From: Octopus vulgaris
Lineage: Eukaryota
Length of the DNA stretch: 64,000 bases
Assembly (NCBI GenBank): GCA_951406725.2
Contig: OX597822.1
Span: 53,692,001 to 53,756,000, forward strand
Reading direction: 5' to 3'
Shown here: positions 52,835 to 64,000 of the stretch, piece after piece
How the letters are laid out: each line of letters begins with the position of its first letter
Numbering within the stretch: the first letter of the stretch is position 1
The notes under the pieces: generated by a model
Told to the model about the DNA's origin: nothing
Databases searched by the model: none
What the model saw: only the letters and a program-made list of their open reading frames with translations
Made by a program: the position numbers and the translations under genes

Positions 52835-52986
52835 TTATAAATGTATGCGTGTGTGTGTGTATATACATACACACACACACGCATACATTTATAAATATAC
52901 ATACATGTATGAATGTATGAATGTGTGTGTGTGTGTGTATTGTTGTGTTTGGGGAGGGTAATTGTTTTAATGCCTTATTAATCAAC

Positions 52987-53115
52987 ACACTCACTGGGTC
53001 AATTTCCACTCATTTACTTAAGTTTTTTTTTCCTAAAATTGTTGTAAGAAGCAACGAAAATTTTAGAAAATAAAATTAAATAAGTAAAATGATTGGAAAT
53101 TGAACTGGTGAGTGT
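52987..53115. mobile_element. Small MITE (Tc1-like TIRs)
   Basis: ACACTCACTGGGTCAATTTCCA / TGGAAATTGAACTGGTGAGTGT. Confidence 0.5.
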
Positions 53116-53129
53116 ATTAATTAATAAAG

Positions 53130-54325
53130 CATTAAAACAGAATGACTCTCCCCAGATACAACAAAATATGCTTTTTAATCCCAGCAATGTAAAACTCTTT
53201 TGGTTTCAAAGCCAAGAACTCTGAAATGTCAATTTTGACCTCCTCCTGGCTTGCGAAAGTTATGTCCCCCCAAATGATTCTGTAAACTATGAAACAAATG
53301 GTAGTCTGAAGGAGCAAGTTCAGGAGAATAAGGTGGATGAGGAATTTTTTCCCAACCAAGCTCTTCGATCTTCTATGATGTGATCTTTGCAGTGTGGGGT
53401 CGTACATTGTCCTGATGAAACATCACTCCTTTTCGATTCACTAAAGCGGGTCTTTTTTTTTTTATTCAAAGCTTGCTTCAAACGCTCTAATTGCTGATAG
53501 TAGACTTGAGCATTGATTGTTGCATTACGTGGTAACAATTCAAAGTGAATTATTCCTTTGTAATCCCACCAGATAGAGAGAACCTTTTCCCATGAAGTTC
53601 CCTTCTCGGTTGTGGTTGAGCTTTTTTCCTTTTTACCAAGCCACTGTTTACGACGTTTAATATTTCGATAGAAGATCTATATTTCGTCACCAGTCACAAC
53701 TCTATCCAAAAAGGGTGAAATTAGTTCGCGAGAATGGAGAGAAGAGCAGATGTCAACTCGGAATTTGCGGTTGCTTTCGGACAATTCATGAGGCACCCAT
53801 TTTCCAAGTTTAGAAACCTTTCCAAGTTGTTGAAGATGATGATGACCAGTTGTATGATTTGAACTAAGCTTTATTGCTAATTCTTCAACTGATAATGCAG
53901 GATTTTCAAGTCATGCCTCAAGGACCTTATCATCAAACTCAACTGGGCGTTCTGATCGAACTTCATCTTCAAGGCTGAAATCTCCACTTCTGAATTTTGC
54001 AAACCATCTTCTGCAAGTTCTTTTATTCAAGCATTCTTTCCCATAAACTGAGTGTATGTTTCGAGCGCTTCGGCAGCAAAGTTTCCCTTTTTGTATTCAT
54101 AATGCATTATGTGCCTCAAATGCTCTTTGGATACTTCCATGTTAGAAAGGGTTTTAATCAAAGAAATTTTAACTCTATTATTCTGTAAAATAATATTTAA
54201 TTAGTATAAATGTACACAAATGCATAAAAATGATTTTTAATTCCATTAGACATTCTAAAATACTATTAAATTTTCATTCAATTTTAAAATGGGTAAAATC
54301 AGACAGAACTTATGGGATGATCTGA
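53130..54325 (-). pseudogene. Mariner transposase pseudogene
   Basis: ATG at 54140, then MEVSKEHLRHIM...WFAKFRSGDFSLED, WVPHEL, VTGDE, HQDNVRPH, YSPELAPSDYHLF. Frameshifts present. 5' TIR near 54297-54325. Confidence 0.88.
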
Positions 54326-54539
54326 TATATATTCATAGATTTATGATATATTACATAGATATATCACATAGTTTTGCGTATTTTTGTGTCATAGTTACAT
54401 AGAAGATAGTCAAATACTTATGTTGCTATATATAATGGTTTAATGTCAAATGTATGTATGCATGTATGTATGAATGTATGTGTGTGTGTATGTATGTATG
54501 TATGTATGTATGCATGTATGTATGTATGCATGTATGTAT

Positions 54540-54912
54540 GATGCTGACATGCAGTGTCTGTGCAAGACCCTGCCTCAGTAAAGCTGGACTCAAGAGTCAT
54601 CTTCGTAGTCATAAAGCGAGACAGATGAGTGACAACCTGGCCACTGGTGGTGGTGTAACACACCATACTAATCATATCTGTCGGGCATGTGGAAGAGAGT
54701 GTAATTCGGCAGGAGGACTTAAACGACATGCAAAGGTACATGAAGCCCAGTTACAACTACAGCCGGCTATTACCGGTAAAGGTTTTAGTTGCCAGTTCTG
54801 TACAAGACATTGTAGATCTTTAGCTGGGCTAAAAAGTCACATTCGATCACAGCACCAGTAACAGTTAAGCTTCGTGCAATGGCCACATTCGATAGAGAGG
54901 GGACAGCCATAA
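54540..54912 (+). mobile_element. 3' end of an RTE-like LINE encoding three C2H2 zinc fingers
   Basis: CSVC..SKAGLKSHLRSH, CRAC..SAGGLKRHAKVH and CQFC..SLAGLKSHIRSQH. Short 3' UTR shared with 11275-11325. (TATG)n on both sides. Confidence 0.7.
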
Positions 54913-55664
54913 TGCATGTATGTATGTATGTATGTATGTATGTATGTATGTATGTATGTATGCATGCAGAGAGAGAGAGGAGTGGTAATACGCGTACCCT
55001 TAACGTAGTTCTCGGGGAGATTCAGCGTGACACAGAGTGTGACATTGTTGCACTCTGAAATACAGGTAAGACAGAAACAGTAAGAAAGAGTGAAAGAAAG
55101 TTGTGGTAAAAGTGTACACCAGGTTTCGCCACCACCCCCTGCCGGAGCCTCGTGGAGCTTTAGGCGTTTTTGCTCAATAAACACTCACACCTGGTCTGGG
55201 AATCGAAACCACGATCCTACGACCGCGAGTCCGCTGCCCTAACAACTGGAGCATTGCACCTCGTATGTATGTATGTATGCAGAGAGAGAGAGAGGAGTGG
55301 TAATAAAAAATTTTTTTTATTTTTATTTATGCGCCCTTTTCAAGCCTAGCCACGCTCATGGGCCCGGTTTCCCGGTTTCTGTGGCGTATGTGTTCCCCCC
55401 AGCTAGAAGGGACGCCAGTCCATCGCATCGTTACTCAAGAAACAGGAAGAAAGACTGAGAGAAAGTTGGGGCGAAAGAGTACAACAGGGATCTCCACCAC
55501 CCCCTGCCGGAGCCTCATAGAGCTTTTATATGTTTCCACTCAATAAATACACACAACGCCCGGTCTGAGAATCGAAGCCGCGATCCTCCGACAGCGAGTC
55601 CGCTGCCCTAACCACTGGGCCATTGCGCATCCACAGTAATAAGAAATAGCGATGACAAAAGAAT

Positions 55665-55905
55665 AAATTATTATTCTTATGCACTTCATTAGCTTGCAGC
55701 TATTTAGGCCATAAGACTCAGTGGACTCATATTTGAGTGCCTGAATAACACATAGCTTCATCAGAACCTGGAATATGAAATGCGATTTACACTTCATATT
55801 CGAGGCTCTGATGAAGCTATATTTTATTCGGGCACTCAAATATGAATCCGCTACATCTTATGGCAGAAACACCTGTAAGCTAATGAAGTTGATAAGATAA
55901 TCATT
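55665..55905. repeat. Foldback with a hammerhead in each arm; plus-strand core intact at 55805-55880
   Basis: GCT-CTGATGA-AGCTATA...TATGGCA-GAAA-CACCTG-TA-AGC. The left arm is a diverged mirror. Confidence 0.7.
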
Positions 55906-56135
55906 TCTTCCTCATTTACTCCTCATTTATTCCTTTATGTGTTTGTGTTTGTGTGTTTATAATGTATACATATGTTTGTAATGTATGTATGTATGTATGT
56001 ATGTATGTATGTATGTATGTATGTATGTATGTATGTATGTATTATGTATGTATGTATGTATGTATGTATGTATGTATGTACGTGCATTATATATATAGTT
56101 ATGGTATGTTAACTATATATATATAATATATAGTG

Positions 56136-56400
56136 AAGGCGCATGGCTCAGTGGTTAGAGCGTTGAGCTTAGGATCATGAGGTTGTGAGTTCGAATCCCG
56201 GACCGGACTGCGTGTTGTGTTCTTGAGCAAGACACTAGGCTGTAGAAATGAATTGCGACGTCACAGATGCCACGCTGAATCAGTTGTTGTCTTTCCCTTG
56301 GATAACACTGGTGGCATGGAGAGGGGAGGCCGGTATGCATGATCGACTGCTGGTCTTCCATAAACAACCTTACCCGGAAGGTGTACGGTTGGACAGTTGA
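56136..56400 (+). mobile_element. tRNA-derived SINE (head also at 51525-51605, minus strand)
   Basis: TGGCTCAGTGG box A, GAGTTCGAATCCC box B and TTCTTGAGCAAGACACT. Confidence 0.7.
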
Positions 56401-57106
56401 TTTTTTTTTTTTTTTTTTTTTTTTTATTTTGTATTATTTTATTATCTATATTATTTACATTTGACGGATATTTGTCCTCATCTTGTTTGAAGGCTGGAGG
56501 GTATATCAGCCGAAACGTTGTGTTCACAACAAACAAGATGACGACAAATATCCGTCAAATGTAAATAATGTACATAATTCCTCATCTCTTAAATATAGAA
56601 CTGAGTTATTTTTTAATCGCTGCAATTCTTTCAATGCAACGTAGTTCTCCCAAAATACAGGCATTTGATTATGCGGCTGTTTGTTTACATAATGAGATCT
56701 AGTTCCTTCCTCAGGCCATATGCGGGTGTTGTCTCCGTTGGTTTAAAATCGTCGGTTTAAAATCGTCGATTTCGAGACTATCTCCTCCATCCGTCGTGGT
56801 TTGAATTTAGTAGTAGCAGATAGACTCATGGGTGGTGTGTGGGGCTAGAGTGCGTTTGGCGAACTGCTATGGAATGGTAGTAAATGGTTATTTTGTTACT
56901 ATATATATTAGTTTCATTTCTATTACTTTCAAAATGTATTTATGTACATGTATGTATATGTATGTATGCAGGTTTGTATATATATATATATGCGTGTGTG
57001 TGTATGTGTGTGTGTGTGAGTGTGTGTGCGTGTGTATATGTATGTATGTATATATAGGTGTATATACATATATATATATATATATGTATATGTATATATG
57101 TGTATA

Positions 57107-57155
<49 letters not shown>

Positions 57156-57195
57156 GTATATATGTATATGTATGTATGCATATGTATGTATATGC

Positions 57196-57249
<54 letters not shown>

Positions 57250-57310
57250 TATTATGTATATATATATATATTTATGTATGTATATTTATGTGTGTATACA
57301 TATGTGTGTA

Positions 57311-57359
<49 letters not shown>

Positions 57360-57439
57360 TAATCAAAATAAAAACATGATGCCAAGGATTCAGCGGCACA
57401 TATGTTTCATTTGTATATATATGTATGTATATCTATAGG

Positions 57440-57800
57440 AACGGGCGTAGTGTGTGCAAAGAAGCTTGCTTGCTTGCTTGCCAACCACACGGTTCCGGCT
57501 TCAGTCCCTGGGTAAGTGTCTTCTACTATTCCCTTGGGTTGTCCAAAGTGGATTTGGATCACGGAAACAGAACGAAGTATGTCCAATATGTGTGTGGGGG
57601 GGGGTATTTGTGTCTGTGTTTGTTCCCCCCACCATCGCTTAGAAGCCGATGTTGGTGTAACCTAGCGGTTCGGCGGAAGATATCAATACAATAAGCACCA
57701 GGCTTACAAAGAATACTTCAGGGGTCGATTTCTTCAACTAATAGACGCTGCTCCAGCATGGCCACACTCAAATGACTGAAACAAGTAGCAGAGTAAAAGA
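57440..57800 (+). mobile_element. Family-A SINE, diverged
   Basis: Head, internal (GT)n and tail all match 37864-38264. Confidence 0.75.
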
Positions 57801-57869
<69 letters not shown>

Positions 57870-58491
57870 TATATAATATAATATAATATAGATTGGACAT
57901 GGGCGATCGTTGTATTCTTTTTTTGTCTTGAGGGTCACAGCCACACGGCTGGGTGGATTCAAGTGAAAAATGGCACACATGTGCAGACGGGTGCATACAT
58001 TGGAATGCGGTTTGTATTTTTTTCCTAGCCCCCATACTTACTGAGAAAATCGATTAAAACTTTTTCTAATGGAATTCCCCTGATGTTCCGCCATTAAAAC
58101 AACCAGTTGCTCACACAGCCGACATATACCATTTCGCAAGCAACAAGGGGATATACAGGATGACAGTCAGCCAAAACTTTCGCTATGCTGTCTCTCTTCT
58201 TTCACCTCTTTGTGGGGTCAATAATCTTAATCTTTAATTACAGTTTCTCATTCAAACTACATAATAGGCAGAATTGTCGGATTAAGACAGTAGGGTGTTT
58301 TGAGGGAGATTTGGCTGCTATTTCTACCAGGTCTAGCAGCCATGTAGAGGTCTGAACTTAATTTTCATTCACATAATTGCATTTCAAAAATTTAACATTA
58401 TCTTTTCCATAAATCAACTATTGTAAACAAATACACACGCGCAAGCACGCGCAAGCACGCGCAAGCACACACACACACACACGCACACACA

Positions 58492-58572
<81 letters not shown>

Positions 58573-58951
58573 TTCATATATCTTCTTTCAATTTCTGCTC
58601 TCTGCAAATAAAATTTTTACGGATACAACTGCTTTCAAAAATAGGGATTAATGTATAATTTCTTTCTATGTTCATAATTAAATCAATGTTTCAATAATTA
58701 AACAGAGGTCCAATAGAATAGCTCTCAGAAACAGACTACGTACAAATTCGTCCTTCACAACTCCTGAAGCTGTTTTCTGACAAGGCGGGGGTGGGGGGAG
58801 TCAGGAAATTTTCATACGGCTGGAGGCTCCAATCGAAACAGGGGACCCGAAATGATAAGGTTGAGAAACGCTGTTATAGATTATGCTTAATCGAAAACGA
58901 TCACAGCCACATCATCCAAACGGGACCGGTTGAAACCGGGCTTAGCTGCTA

Positions 58952-59019
<68 letters not shown>

Positions 59020-60266
59020 CGGCAAATATTTATTGCAACGTCATGTTGTAAGATGTGAAAGATGAAAGAAGAACAGTGATCGAAGTTGTAAAGAAGTATA
59101 TATTTACCGTTACTTTAATATATGCCATACCACGACGGATAGGCTAGTGTAATAGTATAACACAGTTCATAAAACATGCAAGGTAAAGAATATTAATTTC
59201 GGCCTGTATATGTGTGTGCACGATCTCATAGTAGTATATATATTGAGATATTGTAACGTTACAGAGAAAAGAAAGTGAGTTAGTGAAGGTGAGTGGTGGG
59301 ACGGAACAACTGCTTCGTTGGTGAGTTACCATAGTTGTCCCTTTGTACCTTTTTCTTCAGAGACGGAGTTTTGTTCAGCCGGTCAGCCAGACTCGGTTCT
59401 CACTAACTGATTCTGGCTTACGGAGTTCTTGGTTTTATAACTATTCAAAACCAGCCAGAAGAATAGACATATTGTTGAGAACAATGGATTTCGTTGGCGG
59501 TGTTTTATCTTTAGTCTAGCTTTTGGTGGCCTTGAAGAAGTTAGAAGAGTCAAGTGGCAAAGACATTATTCTGCTTAGCGAAGGCATCTAGCAAATGTAA
59601 CTATTATCACTCACTGAGAAACTATTGTTTCACCGTGAGAAAAGTGCTGTTGAACTGTTAAGTGAAATTTGGCAATCGAGGTTCGTCCACGCTACGCCTG
59701 CATGAAGCCACTACATATATATTATGGAAGCACTCCGTCAGTTACGACGATGAGGGTTCCGGTTGATCCGAATCAACGGAACAGCCTGCTCGTGAAATTA
59801 ACGTGTAAGTGGCTGAGCACTCCACAGACACGTGTACCCTCAACGTAGTTCTCGGGGATATTCAGCGTGACACAGAGTGTGACAAGGCCGGCCCCTTGAA
59901 ATACAGGTACAACAGAAACAGGAAGTAAGAGTGAGAGAAAGTTGTGGTGAAAGAGTACAGCAGGGATCACCACCATCTCCTGCCGGAACCTCATGGAGCT
60001 TTTAGGTGTTTTCGCTCAATAAACACTCACAACGCCCGGTCTGGGAATCGAAACCGCGATCGTGTGACATATATATATTATAGCCACTGTTCGGCAAAAG
60101 ACACTCATACAATAAATACTAGGCTTACAAAGAATAAATCCTGTAGTCGGTTTTTTCGACCAAAGGCAGTGCTCCAGCATGGCCGCAGTGACATGACTAA
60201 AACGAGTAAAACAATTTGAAAATTATGTCATTTTAATCCCGAGCCAGGCCGGGTGTCTCTGCTAGT

Positions 60267-60348
<82 letters not shown>

Positions 60349-60667
60349 CAAAAACGGGGAAGGCCGGTTTATGGGATTACTTTAGGTCTACCGTCCATAA
60401 AGGGTTTGGCTTTATGGCGTATCGTCAGATCCCAAAAACCTGTCGGCTCATTACCTCTTTAATGAGCCGACAGGTAATGTCGGATCATTACCTCTTTAGA
60501 ATATGGAGGGGGAAATGCCTCACTACTCAAGGCATTTCGCCCTCCATATTTTAAGAGGTCGTGAACGAACAGGTTTTTTGAGATCTGGCGCGATACGCCA
60601 TATAGTCAAACCCTTTATGGTTGGGAAACCTAAGGCAATCCCATAAACCGTCCTTCACCATTTTTAA
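60349..60667. mobile_element. Foldback MITE with internal secondary hairpin
   Basis: GAAGGCCGGTTTATGGGATT... / ...AATCCCATAAACCGTCCTTC. Internal hairpin ACCTGTCGGCTCATTA/TAATGAGCCGACAGGT. Confidence 0.75.
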
Positions 60668-60834
60668 CATATATTACCCTACATGTTACAGTGTGCTTCT
60701 TGTTTTTGGATTTGTGTTACATACATACATACATACATACATACATGCATGAATGTATGTATGTATGTGTTTACGTTGTTGATGTGTTTACACCTCCGTA
60801 ACTTAGCGACTTGGACAGACAGACAGAGTTAGAT

Positions 60835-61484
60835 ATTCTTTTCTATTCTAGGTACAAGACCCAAAATTTGGGGGGATGGAACCAGTCGATTAGAACGACC
60901 CCAGTACGCAACTGGTACTTAATTTATCGACCCTAAAAGGATGAAAGGCAAAGTCGACCTCGGCGGAATTTGAACTCAGAACGTAAAGACAGATGAAATA
61001 CCTATTTCTTTATTACCCACAAGGAGCTAAACACAGAGGGGACAAACAAGGACAGACATAGGTATTAAGTCGATTACATCGACCCCAGTGCGTAACTGGT
61101 ACTTAATTTATCGACCCCGAAAGGATGAAAGGCAAAGTCGACCTCGGCGGAATTTGAACTCAGAACGTAAAGACAGATGAAATACCGCTAAGCCTTTCGC
61201 CCGGCGTGCTAACGTTTCAGCCAGCTCGCCGCCTTCTGTAGACAAAATACCTATTTCTTTACTACCCACAAGGGGCTAAACATAGAGGGGACAAACAAGG
61301 ACAGACAAACGGATTAAGTCGATTACATCAACCCCAGTGCGTAACTGGTACTTGATTTATCGACTCCGAAAGGATGAAAGGCAAAGTCGACCTCGGCGGA
61401 ATTTGAACTCAGAACGTAACGGCAGACGAAATACCGCTAAGCATTTCGCCCGGCGTGCTAACGCTTCTGCCAGCTTGCCGCCTT
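60835..61484 (-). mobile_element. Family-B SINE multimer (three bodies, two heads) within one 14-bp TSD
   Basis: AGACAGAGTTAGAT at 60821-60834 and 61485-61498. Confidence 0.85.
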
Positions 61485-62489
61485 AGACAGAGTTAGATAA
61501 TAAAATAGCAATGATTTGAGCTTCTACTGACTTCCAGAACGTTCTTTCAGAAAAGCACTTGAAATCGCCCCGTGTTTGTGCCGCGGGCGTGTTGGCTTGC
61601 TTCAGTAGGTTCCATTGAACCTTGTGGTGTGCAACCAATTGAGTCACTCGGTGTTGAACCCATGTGTATTTTTCTTTTCCTTTTTTTATTTTCTTTCTTT
61701 ATCCAGTTTTCGATTCTTTTTATTTTCTTTTTTCTGTCTTTTTCTTTCCATGTTCCTCTCTATCCATTTTTTTCTCCCGGTTTTGGGTTCATATTTTTAA
61801 TGTGGTTTTGTATTGAATATGTATTATATACATGCGTGTTATATTCCAATAATATTTCGTACATGTATAAATGTTTAGTTTCGCATGTAGTCTGATTTCA
61901 ACCTATAATTGATTCGCGTCTGCTTCGTTATAATTTTACCTTAGCTTGATATATGGCAATACGTTATCCACTTATAGTTTTTCATCGTCATAGCACCTAA
62001 ACTTACTTATAATTTCATTTGGTTACTAATTTTACTAATTTTACGTCGCTTTGACGTAGTTGTTAGTGCAGCAATACGATTTAATGTAGAAACAGAGTTC
62101 GAATCTCGTAGATGATATTACAATTTCTTTTCTTCTCTCATTCTTCTATAATATTAGTAAGATAGTGGACTACTATCTAAAATGTTTTTTTTTTATATGA
62201 CTCATCCCATATTTTAAAGAGTGTTTTTGTTGTTTTTTTAAACGTGCGTGTGGAGCACTTAATATATTTGTATTCTGTTGAATGATCAGATAGTCTTGTA
62301 GCAAGGTTCCTGCTGAGTTTTGAACCATCACTCACGGAATTTCTAAGCTCAAGCCTACGAGACCAACATTATCGCATAAAAGGCAATACGTTGAATATTC
62401 TTCATGAATATGATTCGGCCAATCAGCACAGGCTGACATATTATGGTTGATGCGGCGAACTTCGAAGGAAATGTGTAAAAGCGAATCAT

Positions 62490-63900
62490 AAATGGACGAC
62501 AATGATATTAAACTTGATGCGAGAGAGAAATTAAATTATATTGCCGAAACATTAAATCTTATAACATCTACGGCCGGAATAGAACGTGACAACAGAGAGA
62601 AAATTATATCTGGTGCACAAGAAACTGCTTGTTAACTGTCCGGACCTTATTTCTTCATAGATCTAATGTAGTGCTTAATATGGAACGACTCTCGAGTGTA
62701 TGGATCGAGGATCAGAATCGGTGCATTATACCAATAAACATGCCAAAAGTCTATATGATTTGCAGAAAAAGGAAGGTGAAACTTCTAATGAAAAACACCT
62801 TTTCAGCTAGTAATGGCTGGGCTGAAATGTTTAAGAGGCGTATGAGTTTGTACAATGTAAAATGACTGATAAAACTGCAAGCGCTGATACAGAGACTGTT
62901 ACTAATTATCCTGAGTAATTGAAGAAAATGATTAGTGAAGGGGGCTACACACCAGAGCAAGTTTAAAATGTAGATGCAACTGCACTTTTCTTGAAGCGCC
63001 TGCCCGCTAGAATTTTTATTTCTCGAGAAGGAAAATCAACACCATGATTTTAAAGCTTCCAAAATCGTCTGGCAGTTCTTTGAGGATGAAATGCTGCTGA
63101 TATTATGAAATTAAGACCCCTATTTGTGTATCATTCCGAAAATTCAAGGGCTTTGAAGGGTTACACAAAGTTTAATCTACCTCTGATTTGATGTTCGAAT
63201 AAGAAGGCATGGATGACTAAGAGTGGTTTACAAATGTTTTTTGTTCTACAGTAGAAAGATACAGTGCCAGGTATAATATTTCCAATAAAACGTTAATTCT
63301 TTTAAAAAATGCACTGAGCCATCCAGTGAACTTAGACGACCTTTCTGATAATGTGAGAATAGAATATATCGCCAAGAATACAACTTCGCTGTTACAGTCA
63401 ATGGGTTGGGATGTGATAGCTAACTTCAAGACAGATTATATTTGAATTTTCAAACAACTTATGAAATCAATTGACATGGAAGATAAACCTAGAGATGGAG
63501 AGTTCTGGATGAAATCCAAAATAATGGATGCTGTTGATAATATACCTAAGTCATGGGATGAAGGGAAACATTCAACTTTGAATAGTGCTTGGAAAATATA
63601 TATGGCCAGACTGTATCCGTAACATTGTAAGTTTTCCTGAATCAGAAAGTCTACATAAAATTCAGAAAGATATTGTAACACTTGCAAAGGATATAGGATT
63701 TGAAGAAGTCATAGAAGATGATATAACTGAGTTATTAGTGTCCCAGAGAGAAGGTTTATCTGTTAGCAAAAGAAGCAGAGGATGCAAACGAAACTACAGG
63801 AATTCCACCAATGCCACTTAAATTGATTACAAAAATTATTTTCCTGGGATTAACCAACATAACTCCATGCGGTATCTGCAACTGTTATCAATATTTGAAG
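62490..63900 (+). pseudogene. Tigger/pogo transposase pseudogene
   Basis: FSASNGWAEMFKRR, GGYTPEQVxNVDATALFLKRLP, FKASK, NKKAWMT and NTTSLLQSM motifs, with stops and frameshifts. Confidence 0.85.
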
Positions 63901-64000
63901 ATAGAATAATCAATATTTGAAGATAGAAAAAGAAAAGCCATCACAGAGATAAATTACATAACCCCCTGCCCGCAGAGTCTGATAACTCTCTTTTGTTGTC

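Noticed and set aside
60835-61484. Repeat-spacer-like periodicity
   Set aside because: These are tandem SINE units in eukaryotic DNA, not a CRISPR array.

Overview
AT-rich, microsatellite-dense eukaryotic DNA with no recognisable intact host protein-coding gene. The SINE families and repeat landscape suggest a cephalopod, probably Octopus; this is an inference. Almost all ORFs in the track are translations of (TA)n, (CA)n or (TATG)n repeats. The real content is a nested transposon landscape. It includes a young RTE-clade LINE with an inverted 5' segment (twin-priming geometry), several Penelope-like element (PLE) remnants, and many small hammerhead-ribozyme (HHR)-bearing PLE derivatives, often in foldback arrangements. 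There is also a non-autonomous RTE-derived element whose exact 5' end can be folded into an HDV-like pseudoknot. Other fragments come from CR1-group, R4/Dong, Tx1-like and Gypsy retroelements and from mariner/Tc1 and Tigger transposons. Helentron-like elements, MITEs and at least four tRNA-derived SINE families are also present. The most interesting signals are the self-cleaving ribozyme candidates, their strand bias and the long inverted repeats. All alignments and folds were done by eye.
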